From Takakia lepidozioides (taxonomy: Eukaryota; Plantae; Bryophyta): 64,000 nt of DNA. Positions 1 through 13,559 of this stretch are shown piece by piece. Location: assembly GCA_030704615.1 (NCBI GenBank), contig CM060732.1, positions 49,786,001 to 49,850,000 of the forward strand, written 5' to 3'. The position numbers and the translations under genes are program-made. Below the pieces are notes generated by a model. The model saw only the letters and a program-made list of their open reading frames with translations, had not been told where the DNA came from and did no database searches. Each line of letters starts with the position of its first letter. Position 1 is the first letter of the stretch.

Positions 1-1360
1 TTTCCCGGTCGTCTAATGTAATGAGGATAGCCGGGGGTTTGCTTTTTCGAAAGATCAAGGGTGTCACACATGCTGCCTTCGGGGAGTCGACAATTTCCAG
101 TGCTGAGCAACCCACCAAGTTTAGGTGTGGGAATGAGCCGATTTGGAGACAGTTGTTAGCAAACCTGGAATTACAAGCAATTCCAGTGGTGATTTTGGGG
201 AAGGAATTACTGGTAGGGAGTGTCAATTTGACTACTCTTGGGGGTGGGCTATCCCGATGCTTTCATTTTCTTTGGCCGATAGATGCCCCCTACTGCTGTG
301 TTTCCGTAAGTTTTCCTTTCCCCTTTGTGATGGCACTCATGTGTTGCTGGTGGGCCATCAGCTCTTCCTTGGGTGTCTCCTTCCTTCTGGGGCTTTGCCA
401 TGATCTGAGCTGTAGAGGGTCATTTGGTATATTGTGCAGGGCTTGTTACCCTCGGAGAATTGTTGAAGGCCCGGGTTGTGGTGTGGGAGACTGTAATTCC
501 TGCCCGCGATCCGTTGCTGATTCTGGGATCCCTCCTTGCTCTTGCTCCGTGGTTTGGATGGGGTCATGGGCTGGGTTTGCTTGCGCTTGGGCAGTCGATT
601 CTGAGATGTCCCAACTGGCCACAGTTGAAGCAAACCGCCTAGATGGTATCCTCTATGAGTTGGATTGCAAAGTAATTACCCTCCTCATCTATTGGTAGTT
701 TGCGAATTGCGGGAGAATATCCTCATCCGGCATCATCAAGACAAATTTGGCATTTCCAGTTTCATGAAGTCGAGAAGCAATAGTCATTGATTTCCATGCT
801 GGGTCCTGTCTTAGGTTGTGTGTACACATTTGGGGGTCAAAGACAGCCAAGCATCCAAGATAAGACCCGAAATGATTTGCAATGTCTGCCAAGTTCACCA
901 AATACTGATCTGGGATCTTTGGGACTGAGACGATGTGGGGGCCCCACAACTTTCCGTTCATGTTCCCCATCCTAGGAGACCACGAAAATATGTTGACATT
1001 AAACCCCCTGGTATGAGGGTTAAACAACAAAGCCTCATTAGCAGCCTCTTTTGTTTCAAAGATGATAAAGAAAAACCCCCTTCCTTTGGCATGGCAGAAC
1101 AGCTACCTCAATTCTCCATTGCCGCCAAGGTGTCTGATGGCCCAATCCCTGACTGTTGCCCTATCCACTTTTTTCCCTGGAAAGTGAATGAGGATACTTG
1201 TCTCTTCCATTGTTGTGACTCTCATTTGCAGTTCCGCTTACTGAACCACTGGCAGAAGCTATCCTGGATCGAGCTTGGTGTGCCATAAAAAAGCCCGTAC
1301 CAGACGACGGGGTGGGTCTTCTGTGCTGACTCTGCTGCCCTCTGATGTTCCCACGAGTCG
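1..1360 (-). mobile_element. L1-clade LINE ORF1 region, degenerate, runs off the left window edge
   Basis: Minus-strand GRGFFFIIFETKEAANEALLFNP resembles plant LINE ORF1 DUF4283. The peptides TIASRLHETGNAKFVLMMPDE and PKAACVTPLIFRK match TIASRVNDSGSAKFVLMMPNE and PKASCITPLVFRK of the LINE at ~7.7-8.4 kb. Frameshifts and stops present. Confidence 0.75.
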
Positions 1361-2329
1361 TCATAGTTAACAGATGCGGAAAAAAACAGAAGGTGTTTTA
1401 AGGACTCCACTGGCTGTGAGGGATATGGAGCTTAAGAGAGGGGTTGGCAGAAAAAGTAGAGGAGGGGGGTATAGGTGGGAAACGTCACTGTAGAAAGCGA
1501 ACGGCTTAAAAGCTAAAGACGGCTGTGGTGGGAGGATTAGGGATGATGCAGGTAGCCAAGATGGAGATGAAAGGAAGCAGGGTGTTAGGATGAACACTGT
1601 AAAAGAAATTATTGAAAGAGAATCTTTATTTTTTTGGAATGCCAATTCTATTGCTTGGATGATGAATTCCCAAGTGTTATTCTTTTCTCTCTCATAGCCT
1701 TGAAATCTTTACAAAAACTCTTTTATGGATAACCTATCCATAGTTTTCCCTTATGCTTATACTCTCAATAGTAATCTATCACAAATGTCAAGGAAGTCGC
1801 TTATGTCCACACAACGTAGAGAGTGGGTGGGGCCATCCTAGTAAACTTTGCTGGGTTTCAGAAATTCATCAGTTTATTATACTATGGCACACTTGAGGTA
1901 GGACAAACCCACCACGTGCAAGATTGCAGAAGCAACTATAGTAAACGGGTCATGGTGGGCGGCTGGTATTTTGATGAGCGTAGGCATTCAGGAACTGTGG
2001 TTGGAAGGTCGGGACTTTGCGAGGAAACCCTCCTGTGTGAAGTTCCTGTGTGAAGTGGAGCAATTCTGTTGGGCTAAGAGGTGGAGAGAGAGAGGGAGTG
2101 AGAGAGAAAGAAAAAACAAAGAAAGAACTCCATTACATTGACAAGGGGGCTCAGACTTCAAACATTGCTTCGAGACAAAGAGTTGTAAAGCAATTGCACT
2201 GTTTTGTCACAGTGAGGTTTCAAGAGGCCTCCAAGTCCCAAAGTGAAAAAATGCAATTTGACACAGTGGATAGCGTCAATTCCTCCTGACTAGAATCCAC
2301 CGTGGTTGGTAGCAGCAGAGGGAACAAGT

Positions 2330-3003
2330 GCCAGTGAGGTTTCCCTCTCCAATTTTAGTCTTAATTACCATGGTCCTGCAGAAATAGCCATGAAATCATT
2401 AGAACCGCAGAAAGCTATCAGCATCCCTTCCAAATACAAATCAAACTTTTGGTGTGTATGAACACAACAACCCTCAGAGTCAACCAGAGTCAACTCCAGG
2501 TTGGCAGCTATGAGGTAGTTTCCAGGCAGCACAAACCATACAGAGTGTCCAACCATGAGTGGATCAGAAGGTGTTGGGGAGCTGGAAGTTACCTCCATGC
2601 CCCACGTCATAATGCACTCATCTACAATGTTCTATACAATCTCTCTTGATATATCAAACTCAGATAGATCTTTGTCCTGCAACCCAACAAAGTCCAGTAC
2701 CAAACCACTGACCTAAGCTTGGGGTATTCAAAGGTTCAACACACTCTACTTTGCTTTCAGTAAATGTCCCCAGTGCCTGAGGCAAGGCCTCTAAGCCCTA
2801 GAAAGCACTGAATTCAGTTGCATGAGCCCAAGTCCTGGAAGCTCACATGCTTCACAACAGGGTATTTGTCACCAAGTAAGATGGTCTAGCCACCAGTGTT
2901 CAGATGGATGACCTAGAAGATGGGTTGCAACCTTTCCAAATGAAAACTAGGCCCTTCCCAGGTGAGGTCGCTCATCCTCATGCAGTCCTCCAGCTCAAAT
3001 ACA
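2330..3003 (-). pseudogene. Degenerate LRR-like (possibly NLR-derived) gene relic, copy 1
   Basis: Clear nucleotide homology to 20619-21525 and 23789-24042. Minus-strand fragments such as FELEDCMRMSDL, LPNTF and NLELTLVDSEGC have LxxLxLxxC-like spacing, with many stops. The duplication is firm; the LRR identity is weak. Confidence 0.35.
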
Positions 3004-3109
3004 AGTAAATAGGATAAGAATTCAAACCCATAAGCGTAGTTTGAAGCCTTGTTTACTTGATTGACAAGCAAGTCAGATAAAGCATCTGAACCAACCCTAG
3101 AGAAGGGAC

Positions 3110-5328
3110 ATGGAAGCTGTATGCCAAAGCTTCAAAGTGCAAATTCGGGGTCACAAAAGTGGAGTTCCTGGGGCATGTGATTACACAGGATGGGATCAGA
3201 ATGGATGACAGGAAGGTGAGGGCCATCTTGGACTGGGAGCCTCCGACTTCGGTCCCGGGAGTGCGATCCTTCCTAGGACTCGCCTCCTATTACCGGAAGT
3301 ATGTGAGAAATTTTGCCAAGATTGCGGGGCCGCTGTCAGACCTTCTGTGTAAATCTAAAGTCTGGGCATGGAACACCTTTTGTGGCCAAGCTTTTGCTGA
3401 ATTGAAGCAGCGGATGGCGGAAGCTCTAGTCTTGAAAATCCCGGAGTTCGATCGTCCGTTCGAGATACATACAGATGCGTCGGACTTCGCGATTGGGGTG
3501 TACTGTACTGATGCAAGATGGACGTCCAGTGGCTTACGAAAGTAAGAAACTGAATGAAGTGGAGCGACGGTGGCCGACGCACGAGAAAGAGATGAAGGCG
3601 GTGGTGCACTGTCTTGAGCTTTGGCGCCACTATGTTGGTTCCAACCCGGTGAAGGTATTCACAGACAATGTCACGGTGAAGTATTTTGCCACGCAGCCCA
3701 AGTTGTCCCCAAAACAACTTAGGTGGCAAGATACTTTGGCGGTGTTCGACGTGGATATCCAGTACAAACCGGGACGAGACAACGTGGTGGCCGATGCTCT
3801 AAGTAGAAAGCAGCAGCTCTTGTTGGTGTACAAGGGCGAGACGGCGCTCCAAAGGAAGATCCGGAAGGCTTGCCGGAAGGATGAGCTGGCGAAGTCCGTG
3901 ATGCAGGACTTGAGGATGGGGGGTCACAGTTCCACTTGCAAAATGGACTGCTCCGGTATAAGCAAAAGCGTCTCTACGTGCCGAAGGGAGGGATCAGAGA
4001 TAGCCTCTTGAGAGAATGCCATGATAGCCCGCTTGCGGGCCACGGCGGAGCCAAGCGCACTGCGGCACTCTTGAAGAAAGAGTATTTCTGGCCCAAACTG
4101 AGGGAGGAGGCAGAGGAGTTATCAAGACATGCACCACATGCCAACAAAACCGGAGCGAGTACAAAAAGCAAGGGGGCTGTTACAACCCTTGCCAATTCCA
4201 GAGGGGACTTGGGAAAGCGTCTCGATGGATTTCATGACTGCTATGCCGCTGTCAAAATGATTCGATGCAATCATGGTGGGTGGTGGATAGGTTCAGTAAA
4301 ATGGGCCATTTCATCCCACCAAAGAGACGGCAACGGCGCAGGAGACAGGGCGACTTTACTTTGCCCACGTCTTAAAGCATCATGGAGTCCCGAAGGATAT
4401 TGTCTCGGACCGCGATCCAAAGTTTACGAGTAAATTTTGGAGGACACTTTGGAAGAAGATGGGGACGAGGATGAAGATGAGCACCGCCTTCCAACCTACG
4501 ACAGATGGCCAAACAGAAAGAGTGAATTCCGTAGTGAAGCAGATCTTGCGGAATTACGTGTCGGCAGACCAAACAGACTGGGTGGAACACTTAGACGCGA
4601 CAGAGTTATGTTATAATAACACAGAACACTCTGCAACGGGAGTTTCCCCTTTCGTATTGGTCTATGGAAAAGCACCTCTGGTGCCGACAAGTTGGGCCGC
4701 CCAGGACGTTGAGGAACCGACAGTAACGGCGGTACTGGAAGAACGCGAGCGTTTGTTGAAGCTCGCAAAGTACAACATTGCCAAAGCTAGGAAACGGTAT
4801 GAAAGGCAGGCGAATCGAAAGCGGAGGGAAGTGAAGTTTGAGGCAGGCACGGAGGTCTGGTTGTTGAACATCAAGAATTTCCGACTACCTCCGGAAGTGA
4901 GTCCGAAGTTCGTACCTCCGTATGCGGGACCCTTTCACATTCGGAAGGTTATGAATGAGGATGTGTATGAATTGGAGCTGCCGGCAAACAACAAGGTGCA
5001 CCCAGTATTCCATGTCTCCCTTTTGAAGCCTTACTTCAAAGATGAAGCGCGTCCGAATCGGCATCAAGTGTTGCGTCCGCCACCTATGCTGTTGGATCAT
5101 GAAAATGAACCTGAGTACGAGGTGGAGGCAATACTTAAGTCGAGAAGGTTCAAGAACTGAGAAACGGAGTATCTCGTCAAATGGAAGGGCTATCATCATG
5201 TGGAGGCATCTTGGTGCGTGCCTCAGAAATGGGAAACGCATCCGAGGCGGTTGCAGCTTTCGAAGGGCGACCTCAAAAGCGGAAGAAGCGTTGATGGGGA
5301 CATCAACCTTGGAGCGTGGGGGAGGAAA
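3110..5328 (+). mobile_element. Ty3/gypsy chromovirus pol 3' half (RT end, RNase H, integrase, chromodomain), frameshifted
   Basis: KLYAKASKCKF..EFLGHVI (RT end); FEIHTDASDFAIG and NVVADALSR (RNase H); HDSPLAGHGG, PTTDGQTERVN, YAGPF and VHPVFHVSLLKP (integrase); EYEVEAILKSR..YLVKWKGY (chromodomain). Polypurine tract GGAGCGTGGGGGAGGAAA at 5311-5328. Confidence 0.93.
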
Positions 5329-6056
5329 TGCATGCTTAGCCCGACTTAGCTAGCTTAGGAATCCGATTGCAAAAGCTTGTCTTGTACAAAATGTGCTATA
5401 AATGAAATGACTTCCAAATGTTGTGCGTCCTATTTTGTTTGGAATGGTGATGCGTGGTATGGTTGGCTAGTGTGTAGAATGCTAGCTTATAAAAGTGGGA
5501 GAGGTAAATTGGGTTAATCGTGTGTTTGCGTAGTGCCGAAATCGGGTGACCCCCATCCGAGGGGGCAAGGAAACTTGCGCCTTCTTTGGGAGTTCACGTG
5601 CTAGTGCGCACCTGGCGCGTGCGCGTACTATAACTGCGCTACCGAGGGGGTTGCCTTGTAGTGCGGGCTAACGCGGAAGCCACGTGCTTCTGTTCACGTA
5701 CTATAATCGTGTAGCCTCGGGACGAAGTCGTAGTGCGGCTTCGGCGTGTTCCCGTACCTCAGGCCAGCATTCCAAGGCGGACCCAATTGTAGTGATTGGG
5801 GCGCACGGTTGGTTCAAGGTTATCTTCCTAGTCAAAGAGGGTTCCAGGTGAACCCTTGCTCAAGGTGATGCCAAAAGCGGCATCATGAGCGGTCGCAAGC
5901 AATGATGTTGCATGGGAGAGCGAAGGGGGACCGTTATGTCCCGGTGAGCAGCTGAAGCTCCAAGTTGGCCCGGCGGCCAGGTTGGGAGTCAGGCGCGCGC
6001 ATCAAAGCGAGTAACTATGACTTGAAGGGGAGCTTACCGAAGTGAGGTGCGCGACA
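5329..6056 (+). repeat. 3' LTR of the gypsy element
   Basis: Begins TG immediately after the PPT and ends ...GCGACA. LINE ORF2 zinc-knuckle sequence resumes directly afterwards. Confidence 0.75.
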
Positions 6057-6990
6057 ATTGTCTTCTCTCATGTCAAGCACCAACCAAAATCTGGCCATAT
6101 GTTAAGTCATTCTATAGATATTGGGACAGAAGACAACTCACGGATACAGACCTCCTTCTTAACTATGACCCAGCTTCCAAGAATAGAACCCTAAATTGCC
6201 CAGTGTTTGAAACCCTCATAGCCTCTGCAATGTGGCACTTATGGAAACTACGTTGTAAGAACACTTTCCAAGGCCACAAAACAACAACATCCTCTCTCCT
6301 TGCCACTGTTTTTTGGGATTTACAAACTGAGGCTAGGAAAGCATGGGGCAAACTCTGTGCAGACATTGAACGTGATGCCACGAATGCAGCTGCGCTCCAC
6401 AGGAAGTTTCAACACACCTGGGATAGACAGGGCCTCATATGCAGCAGCCCTATGCAAGACCAATGCACCTGGAATGACCTCCCCCCTCAAGCCTGGCGAG
6501 ATCTTCGTGCACCACTCCACTCTTTCCCCGGAGTTTGAACGGGACATTAACTGGAAACATCAAAAGCCTTCATTGACTGCTTCTAAGCTGCACAATAGAT
6601 AGTTCTCTCTCTCAGCTCCCCCTTATTCAAAGATCTTCTTACTCTCTCCCGACATCGCTCCCCTTGCGTCATCGTAGACAAGGTAGGGTATGCGTTGTTA
6701 AGATTTAGGTCTCGGGCAGAGAGCCCTGTTTTTTGGTCTCTTGGACTTTCCTCCAATTGGAGGTGTTTGGCTCCTGGATCACGGATTTTTGTATAAGTGT
6801 CCATCAGTAGAGGCACGGTATTTTGTTCTACAAAATTAATCTCCATCAGGAGATGATTGGCTCTTAATACACTGAATACAGTGTGTGTGCCTTATGGCGA
6901 CAACGGGGTTTAAATTTTTTTTCCCTCAATAATTATCAATAAAGTAACCAGGGATTCAATTTAAAATAAAATAAAATAAAGATAAAAGGA
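6057..6990 (+). mobile_element. 3' end of L1-clade LINE (zf-RVT tail, 3' UTR, A-rich tail), cut by the gypsy LTR
   Basis: CLLSC..P.KIW..LLLNYDP..CPVFE..MWHLWK is homologous to 11290-11779. The 3' UTR GTGTGTG..TATGGCG..AACGGGGTTT..CAATAATTAT..AATAAAG is shared with 12200-12270, followed by a (TAAAA)n tail. Confidence 0.85.
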
Positions 6991-7049
6991 ATCCATGCAT
7001 ACTTCTATGTCATTTTGGAATCAAAACTGCTGGTAGCGATGTAGGAGCT

Positions 7050-10000
7050 CCGTGGTTTGCGGTGAGAGAGAGCCCCCAACGGTCTCTTCGTCTCCCTCAT
7101 GGGCCTCTCCATCACTTACATCGGCTACCTCCCTGTTGTTTGGGAAAAAACTATTAGCATAACCCAAACCTTGGGAGCTTCAGCTACGTGGAATACTAAC
7201 TTTATTGATACCTTCTTAGTCCAGATCAGAGAAATTCGTCTTTCCCATTTTACAAGCCCACCATCATCACCTCTTCTTCCTGGATCTCTCTCTTAACTCT
7301 CCCACAGGTAAGCGGCGCATTTCATCCGTATTGGGATTCCAAAGCCCCTGCAGTCGCCATCAACTTCATGACGCTTAACTTCGCCCCTGCCACCTGGTCG
7401 AGCCCCCCAGCCCAAACCAGCTCCCCCAAACCCCCTCCACACTCTCACTATCGTTTACCCACTCTCTAAGTCATTTCGTTTCAGCTCATATCTCTCCAAA
7501 CTCTATTCACTGCTGCCACTGCTCAGAGTCTTGTTTTTGTGTTTTCTTCTTAACTCTCCTTCCTAAGCTTCTCTTCTCCCCGATATGGGTCCTTTCGATG
7601 CCTCGCGAGTCGTACCTCCAACTCCTGGACACGCAACCATCCAGCCTTCATGTGCATGGACAATATCAGGAATGATCCGGTTTGGAGAGCCACCACCATT
7701 GCCTCACGAGTGAATGACTCGGGTAGTGCAAAATTTGTTTTAATGATGCCCAATGAGGCTATCCTTCCGCCCTATGTCAGGTTACCCATTGATGAGGAAG
7801 GTAACTACTACCATCAAGCTTATTGAGGATACATCATCACAAGCAGCTTCAACTGTGGAAAGTTGGGCCACATCAAAGCACAGAAAAGAAGAAGATCCGG
7901 TGTCAAAAACCATCAGACAACCCCCAATTGGCCAATAGGTATGATGCAAACACACCACCAAGACAGTCTACAAGCTTTGTAAGGAGGGAACAGCCAAAGG
8001 GCCTCTCCCCAACTGATCTGCTGCAGATGCATGGGCTTGCTGAGGAGGGAGCAACACAGCCCAAAAGCACCAGCCCCTTACTCAGAGTAAACAAAAAACT
8101 AAAACAACATGATGATCCTATGCGAGCGGAAACATCACTTCATGGAATTCCAAAGGGAAATGGATCCCAATGCAAAATGCACTACCTTCTCCAACTCCAC
8201 CTCTGGCGGACACAAGTATCCTCCCCAACATGCCTCCGCCAAAAACCACAATCCTCACTGGGATTGCCAGCCACTCGGCAATTGCCAAGAAATTTAGAGG
8301 TATCAAGTCCTTCCCACACCTCGCTCTCCATTGCTCCTCTGCAATCAACACCGATGACATCCCCAAGGCCTCATGCATAACCCCGTTAGTGTTTAGGAAA
8401 GGACCCCCACAGTCCCTTCTTGTCACATAATCGGCATGGGAGGATTTTGCTTCCTTGTGGATTACAGTTCAGGACGTTCACAACTTCATTGCCAATTGTC
8501 CACCGAGCACCTGCCCAAAAAATATGCTCAGAAAGAAAATTCAGGACTTCTTGCTAGCTTTCCTACCGCACTATCACATGGCTGGAACCACAAAAGTATT
8601 CTGGGACTCCTTTCTGGAAAACTTCCCTGGGCTCAGTTGCAATCAAAAAAGCATCCTGGCATAGCCAAGAGGGGCCACCAGACTCAAACCCATCTTCAGA
8701 GACACACTCACAAATGCATTCTCCATTCTTGAGGCCATCATGGAAGCGGAAATTGATGAAGAAAACCACAGAGGGGACCTCCAGAGAACAAGAGACCATC
8801 CCTATGGTGCAGAGGTGCAGTCTTCATCCTCCTCATCGAGTGTTTCGGCAAGTTTGGACAGCCCAAATGCGGCCGCGCGGGATCAAGAGCTATCTGCCAA
8901 CGCAATTCAGGGACTCGCTAAGTCAGCCCCAGCTTTCTTCAGACACTCCTCCACAGGAAGGATCAACCCAGGGACAACACGCTCCACCATCTGGCCCATC
9001 TTCGGAGGAGCCATGTAACACACTGGGCCAAGTTTTTCTTCCTCCCGCTCCTTGTTTCATTTTCTACCTAGACAGACTCAATTCCAGAAGATGTTGGTTG
9101 CTATGTTGTAAGGGTGAAAAACTGGCTTGCAGGAAAATCCCGACAATTTCTTTGCTTGTCAAGCTAGCTTTACCATACACACATGTCTCTAGACCTAATT
9201 ATCCTATACCACCACTTCAGCTACATCCACCCACATAATTCCTTCAGACAGCAACCCGTCTTATTTCTATCTTAGCTCTCCAGCCACACCAAGGCCAATT
9301 TACAGCCACAACCCTGCCAAACCATATTCACACTGTCATCATGATGATGATCAAGAAACAAATCCCCAAACTCCCCATTGGTTTTCAATGGGTTAACACC
9401 CTGCTCCCCACAGACAAAAGGGTCAAACTCTACTTTGATCATCCTGGGCCATCAAATGTGAGTAACACTCTAGCCCCTAGAAGTCCCCCATCATGTTAAT
9501 TAACCTAGACTCTTGGAATATTCGTGGTCTGGGCCAGAGGCCAGACTCCCTTAAAAGCGTCAGGCTTTGATCTTGGGCTCAGCCCTATGCTGCAACAAGA
9601 CGCCATACTAGCCATTCAAGAACATAAACTAAACAACCCCAAAATCTTAGAACTCTCAGATCACTTGTGGCCCAAAACTCTATCTCTATGGAAACCCCGT
9701 CGGTAGGCTCTAGGGGAGTGAGCTCTCCCTGGGATCCACAAATCTTTTGAGACCATGAGAGCGTGGATGGAGGGAGATAGGAGGAGGGCAATGGCTGCAG
9801 CCCGGTCAATCAACAACATACCTAGGCTACACATTTGGAGTGGATCTCACAGATGAGCAACGCTTTGCTCCGACTCTGACAAAGCTACAAAAGAAACTTG
9901 CTTTCTGGGGGTCAAAAAATCTCTCCCTAACGGGTAGAGTTCTGGCAGCCAACCAGATTCACTCGGCTGGAATCTGGTTTTTCTCTTCATCGTGGAGGCC

Positions 10001-12315
10001 TAATCCATCCCAAACTAAACAGATCAGAGCTCTTCTTAGGAACTTTGTTTTGGGAGCCAAAGATTCATACTCAAATCGCAAAAGACCACAAGTATCTTGG
10101 AAGCAAATCTGCCTCCCCAAAAAATTAGGGGGCCTTGGCCTAATCGATCTAGACACACAAATCACGGCCCTACTTGGTAAATGGATACCACGCTTCTTCA
10201 ACCCAGAAGGGGGATGGTGGAAATTCCTGGTAGCAGGGAATATCCAAACCTCCTCGCCTCTCAGACACTCTTTATGGAACCCATCCTTTCGCTGGGTGAC
10301 ACAAGGATTCAAACACAAATCGGCTGGTTCCTCTCTATGGTCAACCATCTGGCATGCATGGGGAAGGCTAAGACCTTTCCTCAAAAAATCTGAACCGCTA
10401 TCCTATGACAAAACCATGAGGCAACATTTATTTCTAAACAACAACAAACCATCTCAAGCTCAACGAACCCAAGCAAAAAGATGGTCTTCTTGGGACAGAG
10501 ATGGGGTGACTCAAGTCAAAGACATATGGTTCAACCACTCATTTAAGGACCATACATCCATAACTCTCAAAATTGGCAAGGTGAGGGCTGCAAATGGCTA
10601 TCAGGCTGTCCAAGACTCTATCCCATCTTCTTGGCTTGCAATTTTGCAATCTGGAGGCTCATCTCCAAACACTAACTTCTGGACTCTGGGAATTGTGAAC
10701 AATACCCTCTCGCTCTTCTTCGTTCAGGATAGAGTTCAAAATGCCCTTCTTGGATTTCCATTTCAATCCACCCAGTTACAATGATTCTATCCCTTCAAAG
10801 CCAGACCCCATTACATATCCCTCTGTTCATTCATACACCCATAAGAGTTTGTTGTTCATCTTCAAACTCAAAGGATATGAACCCGGAGCCAGACCCTGTT
10901 ATGCCCATTCATACCTGGCTGGCGAGTTCCACCTTCCTCTGGGTTCTGGGAAGGCCTCTGGTAGACCTGCAATTTGACCCCAAGGAATGGAGCTGGTCAT
11001 TCAAAGGAACCCAAACCCCCTTCTTTGCATATACCACTAGGAAGGCATACAGAGCCATGGCAGCCCCGGAACCCCTGCAGGATAAATGGAACACCAAATG
11101 GCAATCCTACGGCTTCAACAATGAGAACTGGAAAGCTATTTGGAGCTTTATATGGAAAAAAACTAGGCCTGCAAAATTATCTGCGTTCCTCTGGCAGATT
11201 GCAAAGAAGGTGCTCAAGGTGGGAGAGTGGCTGCAATTTCAGGAAGCTCTTCTATGCAAATGTTGTACCTCAAGCTTGCTGGAAACGCTGGAGCATTGCC
11301 TTCTAGGCTGCCACGCTCCCAGAAAAATCTGGACCCTAGTGAAAGAACTATACAGAGATTGGGACCCCCAGCCATTGTCACCCATCAAGCTGCTGCTTAA
11401 CTATGACCCTCACTCTAAAAGCACAGCAATACATTGTCCAGTCTTCGAGTCTCTTTGAGCATCTACTCTATGGCACATATGGAAATCACGGTGTGCCTGA
11501 TCACTATCACATTCAACATGCTCTATGTCTATATTGCTCTCAAAAAATTTCTGGGACTTGAAAATTGAGGCAAGAAAGGCATGGTTGAAACTGTGTGCAG
11601 ATATTCGAAGGGCCCCCCAAAATGCAGTAGGATTGCATGGCTCATTCCGGGGCACTTGGGCAGTCGGTGGGCACCTCTGCACTACCAGCGATCAATCAAC
11701 ATGCCATTGGTCAACCCCCCCCCCCGTCTCTTGGAGGGATCTCGGGACACCAATCCATGGGGGCATCCCCAGAGTTTGACAGGGATGTTAACTGGAGGCA
11801 CATCAAGACGACTGCCGGGCTCAGGTTTTGTTAGACAACTTCATATCCTCCAATAGACCCAAGTAGTGTAGCCAATCTTGTTCAGCTGAATCTTCGCATA
11901 GTGATGCTTACCTTGAAACGCAGCCACAAATCCTAGTCTACAGTCCGTAGAACTCTTGCTCGTCCACCCCGACCCACTAAGCATCCAGACCTTAGGGCTC
12001 GTCAAAACACTTCTCCTCTCGGAAAGCAATCCAATATTAAGAGAATGGTTTTCATCCAGGATTGGATGGATGGCCAATCTGGCCAACACTATTTCACAGA
12101 CCCACTGTGGAGATGTTTAGCTTCCATCTAGGTTGATGCTAGTTGTTCTCATATTGATACACTCCTTATAGGAGGACCGTTCCACCTTCACTAATTACGG
12201 TGTGTGTGCATGTATGGCGTTTCAACGGGGTTTTAATTTTTTTCCCGACCAATAATTATTATAATAAAGTTTCAGGGCCGAGGCCCTTTCTCTATTTTTT
12301 TTTAAATTTAAAAAA
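7050..12315 (+). mobile_element. L1-clade LINE, near full length but internally deleted and degenerate
   Basis: ORF1 relics at ~7.5-9.4 kb. ORF2 opens with the APE motifs SWNIRGL (~9511) and LAIQEHKL, then jumps to TYLG..KLAFWGSKNLSLTGRV..VSWKQICLPKKLGGLGL, so the RT core is missing. zf-RVT CKCC..ETLEHCLLGC, then polyA signal and A-rich end. The 5' boundary is approximate. Confidence 0.85.
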
Positions 12316-12928
12316 CTGCTTGTTTGCAATATTTTATTATCATGTGCTCCAACATGTTTCTATGCCCCACATATGCTTACCAAATTGGAGTTTCCACTAT
12401 GGGTTTTAGAGACTATGCCATGTAGGCACAAGAAATCTTTGAAGAGAGAAAACCTAATTCCTACTTCTACAGTAGCTGATCCTTGTAATCATGTTAACAC
12501 TAATAAGGGTTCAAATGATGATGGCACATGTTACACTTGTACATTCTAATCACATCTTCTATTCATGCTGAATGCGAGTTACTACACTTTGCACATTATT
12601 AATTTATTTTATATTTATTTTTACACATGTAAGGTTCTTATGATGATGACACATGTACACTTGTGCATTCTACACTGGAGGAATAATGTAAGAACTTAAT
12701 GGACGCGTGTGCGTGTGATATGACGGTACTTTCACCGGGTTCCGGCAGCCTGGGCTCCTCCGGCAGGGCCCTGTCAAATCCTCCCCACCCGCTCTTATAT
12801 CGGTTTCACTATTAATAAATACTTAAGAACGCAACTAGGTTGCAAGCTTTGGTGGGTAGCATGATGGTAATGTGGTAGCGGTGCTGGCAGCGAGGTTTGG
12901 GGTTCGACTCTTGACTCTTGATTGGAAG

Positions 12929-13375
12929 CTCTTGTAGTGTAACCCCGGTCAATGTAATCCTCCAATTCGTGTGACCCTCTGTAGCATTTCTCATGTTACT
13001 CTGGCTAGTCCATTTTATACTTGGACTTAGTCAAATTTCGAGACCAAGTGTGGGTTACACCGAACTCCATTTTGTGTAACCCCGAGTGGGTTACATACCT
13101 CGTCCTGTAACCCACTCTTGTAGTGTAACCGATGTAATCCTCTAATTGGTGTAACCCTCAGTAACACCGGTTTCTCATGTTACTCTGGTTAGTCCATTTT
13201 ATACTTGGACTTAGTCAAATTTCGAGACCAAGTGTGGGTAACACATCTCGTCCTGTAACCCAATGTAACCGCAAGTGGAGTTACACACCTCCTCGTGTAA
13301 CCTGATGTAACCCCAAATGGAGTTACACACCTCCTCGTGTAACCCAATATAACCCTGACTGGAGTTAACACCTTT
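12929..13375. repeat. ~130 bp direct duplication plus ~45 bp GTAACC/GTTACAC tandem repeats (DNA-transposon subterminal-like)
   Basis: 12929-13060 is repeated at 13116-13245. GGAGTTACACACCTCCTCGTGTAACC is repeated in 13277-13345. Confidence 0.7.
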
Positions 13376-13559
13376 AGTTCCATGTCACTCTCAAGAAAAG
13401 GTTGGGAAGATTTGACATGCCAAAACCGGCGTATCTTAGATGTCGCACGTGTGCACTAAGTTCTTACATTATTCCTATTTTTGTAGCTGCCTAAGAGCGT
13501 CCTTCTATGTGGGAGGCTCAAATAAAGGAGTTTGCCGGGTGCTTAAAAAAAAGGTTGGG

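Noticed and set aside
21-698. 225-aa plus-strand ORF
   Set aside because: It is the antisense shadow of LINE ORF1 on the minus strand.
1790-2050. CxxCxGxxxCxH-like zinc-ribbon repeat hints
   Set aside because: Only one partial unit (KCQGSRLCPHN) reads without invoking several frameshifts.
12516-12672. ATGATGA repeats as box C/D snoRNAs
   Set aside because: Short duplicated sequence with no terminal stem or recognisable rRNA antisense element.
12856-12912. tRNA gene (A/B-box-like motifs; similar at ~30503-30562 and ~41725)
   Set aside because: No cloverleaf; at most degenerate SINE heads.
13277-13375. CRISPR-like array
   Set aside because: Eukaryotic context, non-unique spacers and no cas genes.
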